A DNA stretch of 64,000 nucleotides, from contig CAITEH010000085.1 of assembly GCA_903891415.1 (NCBI GenBank), positions 24,560 through 88,559 on the forward strand, read 5' to 3'. How positions within the stretch are numbered: the stretch's first letter is position 1; each line of letters opens with the position of its first letter. Positions 41,192 to 50,287 of the stretch are shown piece after piece. The translations under genes were made by a program, and so were the position numbers. Source of the stretch: Candidatus Firestoneibacteriota bacterium (lineage in GTDB: Bacteria > Oederibacteriota > D2-FULL-39-29). Below the pieces are notes generated by a model that did not search any database, was not told where the DNA came from, and saw only the letters and a program-made list of their open reading frames with translations.

Positions 41192-42093
41192 AAGTTAAAA
41201 TAGGCAAGCTGCTGCTTAAGAATCCGGTCATGACCGCGTCCGGAACTTTTGGCACGGGTGAGGAACTTGAAGATCTCCTGGACCTGAATAAATTGGGCGC
41301 TGTTGTGGTAAAAGGTGTTACGCTTTTAGCAAGAGAAGGAAATCCCCTCCCCAGAATAGCCGAGACTCCTTCCGGGATGCTTAATGCCATAGGCCTGCAA
41401 AATCCCGGAATAGACGCTTTCATTAAAGAAAAATGCCCCTTCTTTCTCAGATACAAAGTCCCTTTCATAGTCAACATCTCCGGTTATCAGGAAAAAGAAT
41501 ACGGCCTGCTCGCGGAGAAACTGGAAGATGTCCCCGGGGTGGCCGGCCTGGAAGTAAATGTTTCGTGTCCTAATGTGAATTACAGCCACGGCAGGATCTT
41601 TGCGAAAGATCCCGGCGCCGTAGCGCGCATAACGCGCCTCGTAAGAAAAAATACAAAAAAAACGGTTATTGTAAAACTTTCTCCGGAAATTTCTGATATT
41701 AAAATAATTGCCCGCGCGGCCGAGGATGCGGGAGCTGACGCCTTATCTCTGGTCAATACTATTTCGGGCCTGGCCGTGGACACCGTGACCCGCAAGCCCA
41801 GGCTGGCCAATATTATAGGCGGGCTTTCCGGGCCGGCAATCAAACCTATCGGCCTCCGCTGCGTGTGGCAGGTTTATAATACCGTGAAAATACCCATAGT
41901 CGGCATGGGGGGTATTTGCGGGACGGAAGATGCCCTTGAATATCTGATAGCCGGAGCTTCCGCGGTCGCGGTCGGTACCGGTAATTTTATAGATCCTCAA
42001 AGCACGGTCAGGATAGTTGACGGAATAAAAAAATATCTTAAAGCAAACGGCCTGAAGAACGTGTCTGATTTGACAGGAAGTTTACAGGTATAA
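41179..42093 (+). CDS. pyrD: Dihydroorotate dehydrogenase 1B catalytic subunit
   Basis: ASGTFG, MLNAIGLQNPG, NVSCPNV, KLSP, GGLSGPAIKP. Confidence 0.95.
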   Translation: MENLKVKIGKLLLKNPVMTASGTFGTGEELEDLLDLNKLGAVVVKGVTLLAREGNPLPRIAETPSGMLNAIGLQNPGIDAFIKEKCPFFLRYKVPFIVNISGYQEKEYGLLAEKLEDVPGVAGLEVNVSCPNVNYSHGRIFAKDPGAVARITRLVRKNTKKTVIVKLSPEISDIKIIARAAEDAGADALSLVNTISGLAVDTVTRKPRLANIIGGLSGPAIKPIGLRCVWQVYNTVKIPIVGMGGICGTEDALEYLIAGASAVAVGTGNFIDPQSTVRIVDGIKKYLKANGLKNVSDLTGSLQV

Positions 42094-42110
42094 GGAACAG
42101 GCGGAAATTT

Positions 42111-43502
42111 ATGGCGGAATACAGGTTAGAAAAAGACAGTCTCGGGGAAAAAAATGTGCCCAAAGCGGCGTATTACGGCATTCATACCCAAAGAGCGCTG
42201 GAGAATTTTGTCTTATCCGGCAAAGCTGTAAACAAAGCGCTTATCCGGGCTCTGGCGCTTGTAAAAAAAGCCGCCGCCGAAACAAATCACGAGCTGAAAT
42301 ATCTTACTGTTACACAGGTAAAGGCCATCACAGCGGCTTGTGACGAAATAATAGACGGGGGCCTGGCCGGAGAATTCCCGGTAGACGCGCTTCAGGGCGG
42401 GGCCGGTACGTCCACTAATATGAATGTCAATGAAGTTATTGCCAACCGGGCCATAGAACTGCTGGGGGGAGAAAAGGGGAATTATACTCTGGTAGATCCG
42501 CTGGGCCAGGTTAACCTCCACCAGTCCACAAACGATGTCTATCCTACGGCCTTAAAGATCGCCTGCATATATTCTTTAAGGGCCCTGAGCCAGTCCATTA
42601 CCCTGCTGCAAGGCGCTTTCCAGAGAAAAGAGAAGGAGTTCGCAGGTATTGTTAAAATAGGCCGGACAGAACTTCAGGAAGCGGTGCCGATAACCCTGGG
42701 AGCGGAGTTCTCGGCTTTTGCCGAAGCTTTTGCAAGGGACCGCTGGAGGACCTTTAAGTCAGAGGAGCGTTTAAGGGTCGTAAATATAGGGGGTACCGCG
42801 GTAGGCACGGGCCTGGGCGCTCCCAAAAGCTATATCTTTCAGGTTATTGAAAAACTCAGGGCCTTATCCGGGCTCGGGATCTCCAGAAATGAAAATGTTG
42901 TGGACGCGACAGCAAATGCGGACGCGTTTGCCGAGGTTTCCGGTATTTTAAAAGCGCACGCGGTGAATATCATTAAGATCTCGAATGACCTGCGGCTGCT
43001 AAATCTGCTGGGAGAGCTCAAACTCCCGGAACTGCAGGCCGGCTCCTCCATAATGCCGGGGAAGATCAATCCGGTGATCCCGGAGGCGGCCATACAGGCG
43101 GGGCTTACAGTTATCGCGAATGATTCAATAATTACGCAGGCGGTTTCAAGAGGCACCCTGCAGATCAGCGAGTTTATGCCGGTTATCGCCGAGGCCATGC
43201 TGGGCTCCCTGGAGCTTCTGAACAATATTGATCTTATGCTCCTCAAACTTGTTGACGGCATAACGGCGGACGAAGCCCGGTGCCGGGAGTATTTTGAGAG
43301 AAGCCCGGCAATAGTAACGGCATTTTTGCCTTACATAGGGTATGAAAAAGCCGGAGAGCTTCTAAAGGAATTCAAGGGCTCAGGAAAAACAGGCCTTAAA
43401 GATTTCCTTTCAGAAAAACTGGGGGCGGAACTGGTGGAAAAAGTGCTTTCACCTTATGCTCTGGTCGCCCTGGGTTATAGAGATGATGCAAACCACACCT
43501 AA
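42111..43502 (+). CDS. aspA: Aspartate ammonia-lyase
   Basis: YYGIHTQRA, GGAGTSTNMNVNEV, QSTNDVYPT, GSSIMPGKINPV. Confidence 0.9.
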   Translation: MAEYRLEKDSLGEKNVPKAAYYGIHTQRALENFVLSGKAVNKALIRALALVKKAAAETNHELKYLTVTQVKAITAACDEIIDGGLAGEFPVDALQGGAGTSTNMNVNEVIANRAIELLGGEKGNYTLVDPLGQVNLHQSTNDVYPTALKIACIYSLRALSQSITLLQGAFQRKEKEFAGIVKIGRTELQEAVPITLGAEFSAFAEAFARDRWRTFKSEERLRVVNIGGTAVGTGLGAPKSYIFQVIEKLRALSGLGISRNENVVDATANADAFAEVSGILKAHAVNIIKISNDLRLLNLLGELKLPELQAGSSIMPGKINPVIPEAAIQAGLTVIANDSIITQAVSRGTLQISEFMPVIAEAMLGSLELLNNIDLMLLKLVDGITADEARCREYFERSPAIVTAFLPYIGYEKAGELLKEFKGSGKTGLKDFLSEKLGAELVEKVLSPYALVALGYRDDANHT

Positions 43503-44742
43503 ATCTTTGCGCCTGCAAATAGGTATTTTCGGCAGGACAAATATCGGAAAATCCAGTTTTCTTAATATGATCGCCGGCCAGGATGTTTCCATTACCAGCG
43601 CGGTCGCGGGTACCACCACCGATGTTGTCGAGAAGGCCATGGAACTCCTGCCCCTAGGGCCGGTGGTTTTTTTGGATACGGCGGGTTTTGATGACAGATC
43701 CGAACTCGGGAGTTTAAGGGTCAAGAAAACAAAAAAAATATTTGACCGGTCTGATATTATCCTGCTGCTTGTCGAGGCCGGGACCTGGTCGCCTTATGAA
43801 GAAGAAATACTGTCCGAAGCAAAACTAAGAAAGATCCCCGTCATCCCGGTAGTTAATAAGACCGATCTCAAAAAAGCGGACAGTGCTTTTCTGGAACTGC
43901 TGAAACAAAAGTCGGGGCAGGTGGTGGAATGTTCCTCCCTGGACCTTAAGAACCGGGATAGATACATAAATATTTTGAAGACCGAACTTATAAAGGCCTG
44001 TCCCGAAGGGTTCCTTAATCCTCCGGCTCTTCTGGGGGACCTAATTAAACCCGGAGGTATGGGAGTGCTTATTGTTCCCATAGACCTGCAGGCGCCGAAG
44101 GGGCGTTTGATACTCCCCCAGGTGCAGGCAATAAGGGACGCGCTGGATAATGACGAAGCGGTAGTTGTCTGCAAGGAAAGGGAGTACGCGCATGTTCTTG
44201 CGAACCTTAAGAACCCCCCGGATATAGTAGTCTCTGATTCCCAGTCGGTCCTTAAAATGGTCGCCGATACCCCGCCCGGAGTGAATTGCACGACTTTTTC
44301 TATACTTTTCTCCCGCTATAAAGGCGATATTGTAGAGGCGGCAAAAGGTATTACAGCCGTGGAAACCATGAAAGCCGGGGATAAGATACTGATAGCTGAG
44401 GCCTGTTCTCACCATGCTATTGAGGATGACATTGGCAGGGTAAAGATCCCGAGATGGCTGCGGCAGTACATCGGAGGGGATATTGAAGTTGAGATCTGTT
44501 CGGGCAGGGATTATCCCGAGGATCTTTCAAGTTATAAACTTATTATTCCCTGCGGCGGCTGCATGCTGACCAGGCGTGAAATGCTGGCCCGCATACACAA
44601 GGCAAAAGAGTACGGAGTCGCGGTTTCAAATTACGGGATCGCGATAGCGTTCCTTCAGGGTGTATTAAAAAGAGTGCTTTCCCCGTTCCCTGCCGCACTT
44701 GAAGCCTTTGAAAGAGAAATGAAAGCGGTGAAGAGAAAATGA
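43483..44742 (+). CDS. hydF: [FeFe]-hydrogenase H-cluster maturation GTPase HydF
   Basis: GRTNIGKSS, GTTTD, DTAG, NKTD, APKGRLILPQVQ, EACSHH..CGGCM. Confidence 0.94.
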   Translation: MMQTTPKSLRLQIGIFGRTNIGKSSFLNMIAGQDVSITSAVAGTTTDVVEKAMELLPLGPVVFLDTAGFDDRSELGSLRVKKTKKIFDRSDIILLLVEAGTWSPYEEEILSEAKLRKIPVIPVVNKTDLKKADSAFLELLKQKSGQVVECSSLDLKNRDRYINILKTELIKACPEGFLNPPALLGDLIKPGGMGVLIVPIDLQAPKGRLILPQVQAIRDALDNDEAVVVCKEREYAHVLANLKNPPDIVVSDSQSVLKMVADTPPGVNCTTFSILFSRYKGDIVEAAKGITAVETMKAGDKILIAEACSHHAIEDDIGRVKIPRWLRQYIGGDIEVEICSGRDYPEDLSSYKLIIPCGGCMLTRREMLARIHKAKEYGVAVSNYGIAIAFLQGVLKRVLSPFPAALEAFEREMKAVKRK

Positions 44743-45584
44743 AAAAAGTTAGAAGGCGGCAGCTGCCCGCCGGCTGGTATCCTGTTTCCGAAAAAGAGAC
44801 ACTTAAAGAGATAGAGGATTTTAAAAGCCGGTTCCTGCCCTATTTTATACCCAGGAAATACGGTATTGGCGGGCTCGTGCCCCACGCGGGCTGGTACTTC
44901 AGCGGAGAGCTCGCCGCTTCCGTTATGGCTTCTCTTGAATGGCAAAAACCGGAACTTGTGGTCATCTTTGGCGGCCATCTTCCGGCAGGAGAACAGCCGC
45001 TGATAACTCTCGCGGAAAATTTCGAAACACCCCTGGGGAATATAGAAAATGCCTCCGGTTTGGCGGCGGAGCTTTCTAAGGAACTTGAATTCGGAGAAGA
45101 TATTTTTCCCGACAATACTGTTGAGATCCAGCTTCCGCTCGTAAAATATTTTTTTCCCCGGGCAAAGCTCCTGGCAGTAAGACTGCCTGCGTCCCTTGCT
45201 GCCCTGCGGAGTTCTCCGCTTATTCTGGAAAAAATAAAAAAAACCTTTTCGAAATATTTATTTCTTGCCAGTACGGATCTGACGCATTACGGCCCTAATT
45301 ATGATTTTACCCCGCGGGGTACGGGCAAAAAAGCCCTGGAGTGGGTAAAAGAAGTTAATGATAAAGGTTTTATTGACTTGGCTGCCGGGTTAAAAGGGAA
45401 AGAGCTTATCGAATACGCGGACTCTTCCGGAAGTGCCTGTTCTGCCGGCGCGGCAGCCGGGCTAATTGCCACGGCAAAACAACTTGGCGCAGTTTCCGGA
45501 AAACTTTTGACCTATAGAACAAGTTATGACGTTATGCCTGATCCCGGGGGCTCCTTTGTCGGTTACGCGGGAATTGTGTATTAG
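44739..45584 (+). CDS. amrB: AmmeMemoRadiSam system protein B (MEMO1 family)
   Basis: AGWYP, VPHAGWYFSG, DNTVEIQLP, ASTDLTHYG, SFVGYA. Confidence 0.85.
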   Translation: MKKVRRRQLPAGWYPVSEKETLKEIEDFKSRFLPYFIPRKYGIGGLVPHAGWYFSGELAASVMASLEWQKPELVVIFGGHLPAGEQPLITLAENFETPLGNIENASGLAAELSKELEFGEDIFPDNTVEIQLPLVKYFFPRAKLLAVRLPASLAALRSSPLILEKIKKTFSKYLFLASTDLTHYGPNYDFTPRGTGKKALEWVKEVNDKGFIDLAAGLKGKELIEYADSSGSACSAGAAAGLIATAKQLGAVSGKLLTYRTSYDVMPDPGGSFVGYAGIVY

Positions 45585-45597
45585 GGAAAAGGGAATG

Positions 45598-45632
45598 GGT
45601 CCTCGGTGCTGGGTTTTGGGGGCTGGGTGTTA
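45598..45632 (+). repeat. Orphan left heptamer arm
   Basis: GGTCCTC GGTGCTG GGTTTTG GGGGCTG GGTGTTA just after the amrB stop. Confidence 0.8.
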
Positions 45633-45689
45633 GGAGAAGCAAGCAGGGAAGAACCCGCTTGGCGGGGCATATTTTATAAAGGAGAGAAA

Positions 45690-46091
45690 ATGATAAAAGG
45701 ATTTGCGCATATATGTTTCATAGTATCTGATCTTGAGCGCTCCGTAAAATTTTACAGGGACGTTCTTGGTTTTAAAGAGGCCTTTGATTTTACCGACGAA
45801 AAGAGAGGTAAATTCGGGGCGTATTTGCATATTAATAACAGATGTTTTATTGAGATGTTCAAGGGGGAACTTAAACCCCGGGCCGAAGGACAACCTTACG
45901 GTCATTTTTGTCTGGAAGTAAATGAAATTGAAAAGACCGTAACAGAACTCCGGAAAAAGGGCCTGGACGTAACAGAGGTAAAACTGGGTTCTGATCAAAG
46001 TTATCAGGCCTGGCTCGCGGATCCCGACGGCAACAGGATAGAACTTCATGAGTATACTGAAAAAAGCAGGCAGAATATACATTTGAAGTGA
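45690..46091 (+). CDS. VOC/glyoxalase family protein
   Basis: HICFIVSDLERSVKFY, HFCLEV, DPDGNRIEL. Confidence 0.9.
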   Translation: MIKGFAHICFIVSDLERSVKFYRDVLGFKEAFDFTDEKRGKFGAYLHINNRCFIEMFKGELKPRAEGQPYGHFCLEVNEIEKTVTELRKKGLDVTEVKLGSDQSYQAWLADPDGNRIELHEYTEKSRQNIHLK

Positions 46092-46196
46092 CCGGAAGAC
46101 GGTATTTTGTACTTGATTTGCAAAAGGTTAGTGCTATAATAAATCACTTAAAAACAAATTTCAGGTAAAGCGGATAAGATCCGGGAGGGTGGAGCT

Positions 46197-46862
46197 ATGG
46201 TAAGAAAGCTGGTGATGGCAGTAATGGTGGTATGTTTCGGGTTTTCGCTGTACGCGGCGAAGATCTCCGAAGGTTTTGAGGACAAAACAGTCCTGAAGAA
46301 GTGGGAGATAGAAGGTGATGTAGCCGTTTCTGACGCGCAGAAACACGGGGGTAACTCCTCTCTTTTTACGCCGGCCGGAGCAACAGCAATTTTCAGATTC
46401 AGTACCGAGAACAAGTTTGGTACCGTAACTATGTGGGTATATGACTCTTTTGCCGTAAAAAAAGGGACGGGCAGCGGTCCTTACTTCGGGTTGATAAACA
46501 GCGATGATGACAAAGCAGTTGAGATAATAAGCTATAAACCCTATCTAAATCTCAATGACTATAGTGAGGTCTTTACCGCTGAAAACCAGTGGTTCAGCCC
46601 GTGGCATTCCGCAATCAAAAGGCCCAAAGCGGCCTGGGGGAAGTTCACTTTTACTTTTACCGATGATAAAACTCTGGGAGCTACATTTAACGATGATAAA
46701 GAGAGTGCCCAATTTTCTAATAAACTTGAATTTTTCAATAAAGGCGCGAACGGTATAGTTCTTTCCGGCGGCGCAAGCCAGGGTGCCAAAAATGAGACTT
46801 TCTATTTTGACGACATTGAAATAGATGTAAAGGATGCCGCAAAGGCCCCGGAAAAGAAATAA
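46197..46862 (+). CDS. Secreted beta-sandwich protein, possibly carbohydrate-binding
   Basis: Signal peptide; EGFED..W..KHGGNSSL..FYFDDIEI pattern typical of CBM4/9-like folds; own promoter TTGATT..TGCTATAAT at 46113-46140. Confidence 0.6.
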   Translation: MVRKLVMAVMVVCFGFSLYAAKISEGFEDKTVLKKWEIEGDVAVSDAQKHGGNSSLFTPAGATAIFRFSTENKFGTVTMWVYDSFAVKKGTGSGPYFGLINSDDDKAVEIISYKPYLNLNDYSEVFTAENQWFSPWHSAIKRPKAAWGKFTFTFTDDKTLGATFNDDKESAQFSNKLEFFNKGANGIVLSGGASQGAKNETFYFDDIEIDVKDAAKAPEKK

Positions 46863-46872
46863 AATAATAAGC

Positions 46873-46911
46873 AAAAATGGACGCCTGCTTCTCCGGGCGT
46901 CCATTTTTTTT
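46873..46911 (+). terminator. Bidirectional Rho-independent terminator
   Basis: AAAAATGGACGCCTG..CGGGCGTCCATTTTTTTT. Confidence 0.85.
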
Positions 46912-46985
46912 ATTGTTTTCTCAGCTTCTAAACGGACACAATACCCTTTAAACCCGTGAAAAAATATGATAAAATATAAAAAGAC

Positions 46986-47061
46986 GCTGATGTAGCTCAG
47001 TTGGTAGAGCAGCAAATTCGTAATTTGCAGGTCGTCGGTTCGATCCCGACCATCAGCTCCA
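46986..47061 (+). tRNA. tRNA-Thr(CGT)
   Basis: Acceptor GCTGATG/CATCAGC, anticodon arm GCAAA-TTCGTAA-TTTGC, GGTTCGATCCC, encoded CCA. Confidence 0.96.
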
Positions 47062-47260
47062 GTTAAAGCTATTCCACTGACCCTGTAGCATGCTCTATGT
47101 TCAGGTGCAGGGCCATCATGGTTGCAAAAATATCTGATTCCACTGATATTAAGACAGAGTAAAAGAATACAGAATGGCAGGATAACAAGTTGAGCAAAGG
47201 TATTTAAAAATCCTTTTACCTTTTGCGAAATCCGCCTGGGCGGAAAATTCCACTGATAAA

Positions 47261-48724
47261 ATGTATAGAATATTAAAAGCGTATTGCATAGCCATATTAT
47301 TCCTGGCGCCGCTTTTTGGCGCTGATTATCCTATTTCCGAGTATTTTAATATACTTATTAATGATTCCAAAGTGGGCTATTCTTCCGTTCTTACCGAAAA
47401 AACCATTTTTGAAACCAAAACCTGCCTTAAAGAAACCACTTACATGCTTTTTGAAATAAAAAGATTTAAAGATTCAATAAAAATGGAGACAAAAACTGAA
47501 CTTTATTTTTCTGAAGAGCTTGAACCGTATTATTTTAAGTCCTACGAAAACCTGACAGGCCAGGAAAGGTTCATGGAAGGGAGGATAAAACAAAATAAGG
47601 CCTATATAACCGATAAATTCGCGGGTAAAGAGGAAAAGAAAGAATTTGCACTTCCTCCCGGGACAATATTTGCCGGTATGCTGGATAATTTCTTAAGAAA
47701 AGCGGGGCTCCTTCCCAATAAGAGCTATGTTGTAAAGGTCTTTGATAACAGCATGCTGTCCGTAGCCGATGTTAAAATTAAGATAAACGGCCTTGAAAAA
47801 CAAACTGCCGGGAACAGGGAGTACAGCTGCTACGCTATCGATACGGAAATGTATAATATTTTGACCAGTATTTACGTTGATAAACAGGGTTATACCATAA
47901 GGACGAAAAATGCCCAGCTGGGACTGGAAGAGGTCATAGCGACGGAAGCTGAAGCAAAGAAAAGCTTTTCCGCGAATGTCGATATTCTTTCTGATTTTGC
48001 GGTCAAATGCAGCCGTATCATAGAAAGGCCGGGTGACGTAAAAGAAATGAATTGCAGCCTGGTCTTTGAAAAAGGACTGCCGGAAGGCCTTAACCAAAAC
48101 AGCCTTTCAGGGACTTCCATAAAAATAATTAAAGAAAATATGGCTATTTGTACCCTGCGGCGGACGGAGTTTCCCGTAGAAAAAGCCGCGGCTTTCCCTA
48201 TAGGCGAGAAAGGCCTGGAAAAATATTTGAAACCGTCGCCGTATGAACAGTCTGAAGATGCGGAACTGATAAAAACGGCAAGAACCATCGCGGGGAACGA
48301 GAAGAATTCCCTGAAAGCCGCCGGAAAAATAGTCAACTGGGTGAACGGGCGCGTAGTAAACAAGAGTTTTAGTTCTGTTTTTGCCACGGCCAAAGAAACC
48401 TTTGACAGTAAACAGGGCGACTGCAAAGGGCATGCCGTACTGGCCAGCGCGCTTTGTAAAGCACTCGGCATTCCGGCAAAAATAGCCGCGGGGATCTACC
48501 CGGTGAATGACCGGTTCTATTATCATATGTGGTTAGAGGTCTATTTGGGCAACGGAAATTGGGCGGCCATGGACCCCACATTCAATGAAACTGTTCTGGA
48601 CGCCGCGCACATAAAACTGGTCGAGGGGACGCTGGATGACGCGGGGAAACTGGCTTTTATGGTGGAAGTGTATAAATATTTTAAAAATATGGAAGTGGTG
48701 GTGTTTAAACTTATTTACAGGTAG
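47261..48724 (+). CDS. Secreted transglutaminase-like protein
   Basis: Signal peptide; catalytic triad motifs GDCKGHA, YHMWLEVY, MDPT. Confidence 0.85.
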   Translation: MYRILKAYCIAILFLAPLFGADYPISEYFNILINDSKVGYSSVLTEKTIFETKTCLKETTYMLFEIKRFKDSIKMETKTELYFSEELEPYYFKSYENLTGQERFMEGRIKQNKAYITDKFAGKEEKKEFALPPGTIFAGMLDNFLRKAGLLPNKSYVVKVFDNSMLSVADVKIKINGLEKQTAGNREYSCYAIDTEMYNILTSIYVDKQGYTIRTKNAQLGLEEVIATEAEAKKSFSANVDILSDFAVKCSRIIERPGDVKEMNCSLVFEKGLPEGLNQNSLSGTSIKIIKENMAICTLRRTEFPVEKAAAFPIGEKGLEKYLKPSPYEQSEDAELIKTARTIAGNEKNSLKAAGKIVNWVNGRVVNKSFSSVFATAKETFDSKQGDCKGHAVLASALCKALGIPAKIAAGIYPVNDRFYYHMWLEVYLGNGNWAAMDPTFNETVLDAAHIKLVEGTLDDAGKLAFMVEVYKYFKNMEVVVFKLIYR

Positions 48725-48732
48725 GGGGAAAG

Positions 48733-50190
48733 ATGGGTAAGTACGAAATAGTCATAGGCCTGGAAGTACACGTACAGTTAAAAACTGAAAGCAAACTTTT
48801 CTGCGGTTGTTCCACAAAATTCGGTTCGGAGCCCAACACCCAGACCTGCCCGGTATGTGAGGGCCTGCCCGGGGTCCTGCCGGTACTGAATAAAAAAGCC
48901 GTGGAATTTGCGGTTAGAACAGCCCTGGCCTTGAATTGCAGGGTTAACGAATATGCCAAATTTGACCGGAAAAATTATTTTTACCCGGACCTGCCGAAAA
49001 ATTATCAAACCTCACAGAAGGATATGCCTTTCGCGGAACACGGTTTTCTGGAAGTTATGGTGGACGGAAAGAATGTTAAGATAGGTATCACCCGGGCGCA
49101 TCTTGAAGAGGATGCAGGTAAGCTCCTGCATGCGGGTAGTTCCGGGCAAATAGGAGAAGCGGAGGAGAGCCTGGTGGATCTTAACCGCACCGGTATCCCC
49201 CTGCTGGAAATCGTATCTGAACCTGATATACGGTCCTCTGAAGAGGCCTACGAATATCTAAATTCATTAAAGAGCATATTGCAGTATATCGGGGTTTCTG
49301 ACTGCGATATGGAAAAAGGCTCGTTAAGATGCGACGCTAATATTTCCCTCCGGCCTTGCGGACAAAAAGAATTAAATCCTAAGGTGGAGATAAAGAACCT
49401 TAACTCCTTTAAGAATGTCAAGGACGCGCTGGATTATGAAACTGCGCGCCAGACGGAATGCCTTGACACGGGGGAAAAGACCTATCAGGAGACCAGGCTG
49501 TTTACGGCGGAGAAAGGTGTCACAACTCAGATGCGCTCCAAGGAAGAGGCAAATGATTACAGATATTTCCCCGAACCGGACCTGGTGGTCAACCGTATCA
49601 CGCCCGCGTATATTGAAGAAGCAAAAAAAGGGCTGGTGGAACTTCCGATAGCCCGGAAAAAAAGATTTGTAACACAATACGGCCTGCCGGAATATGATGC
49701 CGGGGTACTTACCGCGGCCAAGGCAACCGCGGACTATTTTGAACGCTGTGCGGCGCTCCATGCTAATTTCAAAGCGCTCAGCAACCTGGTCATGGGTGAA
49801 CTTCTGGGTTTTTTAAAAGCGGCGGGGAAAGATATCTCGGAAGCGCCGGTTACTCCGGAAAATCTTGTGAAACTTGTAAAATTGATAGACAATAATACCA
49901 TCTCCGGTAAGATAGCCAAGGTGGTTTTTGAGGATATGTTTAAGGAGGGCGCGGATCCGGAAGCGGTTGTGAAGAAAAAAGGCCTGGTACAGATAACCGA
50001 TGCAGGTAAACTTGGCGCGCTCGTGGAACTGGTTATTTCCAAAAATCCAAAAAGTGTGGAACAGTACAGGTCCGGCAAGCAGGAAGTAATGGGCTTTCTT
50101 GTAGGGCAGGTAATGAAAGAGTCCCAGGGGAAAGCAAATCCGGGACTGGTAAATAAGATATTAAAAGAGAAACTGGGTCCTAGGTCCTAG
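48733..50190 (+). CDS. gatB: Asp/Glu-tRNA amidotransferase subunit B
   Basis: IGLEVHVQL, RKNYFYPDLPKNYQ, DLNRTGIPLLEIV, DYRYFPEPDL. Confidence 0.97.
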   Translation: MGKYEIVIGLEVHVQLKTESKLFCGCSTKFGSEPNTQTCPVCEGLPGVLPVLNKKAVEFAVRTALALNCRVNEYAKFDRKNYFYPDLPKNYQTSQKDMPFAEHGFLEVMVDGKNVKIGITRAHLEEDAGKLLHAGSSGQIGEAEESLVDLNRTGIPLLEIVSEPDIRSSEEAYEYLNSLKSILQYIGVSDCDMEKGSLRCDANISLRPCGQKELNPKVEIKNLNSFKNVKDALDYETARQTECLDTGEKTYQETRLFTAEKGVTTQMRSKEEANDYRYFPEPDLVVNRITPAYIEEAKKGLVELPIARKKRFVTQYGLPEYDAGVLTAAKATADYFERCAALHANFKALSNLVMGELLGFLKAAGKDISEAPVTPENLVKLVKLIDNNTISGKIAKVVFEDMFKEGADPEAVVKKKGLVQITDAGKLGALVELVISKNPKSVEQYRSGKQEVMGFLVGQVMKESQGKANPGLVNKILKEKLGPRS

Positions 50191-50252
50191 GTGCTAAAAG
50201 ATAAAAATATTTTTTCCCAGCACCTAACACCCAGCACCTGTTACTTAGAACC
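50176..50252. repeat. Inverted heptamer-array element overlapping the gatB stop
   Basis: Left GGTCCTA GGTCCTA GGTGCTA; right CAGCACC TAACACC CAGCACC TGTTACT TAGAACC. Confidence 0.88.
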
Positions 50253-50287
50253 TATAGTTTTTTATATTATGATTATAAAGGAGAAAA

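Noticed and set aside
47062-48724. Genomic island integrated at tRNA-Thr
   Set aside because: There is no integrase and no duplicated tRNA 3' end was seen; gatB follows directly.
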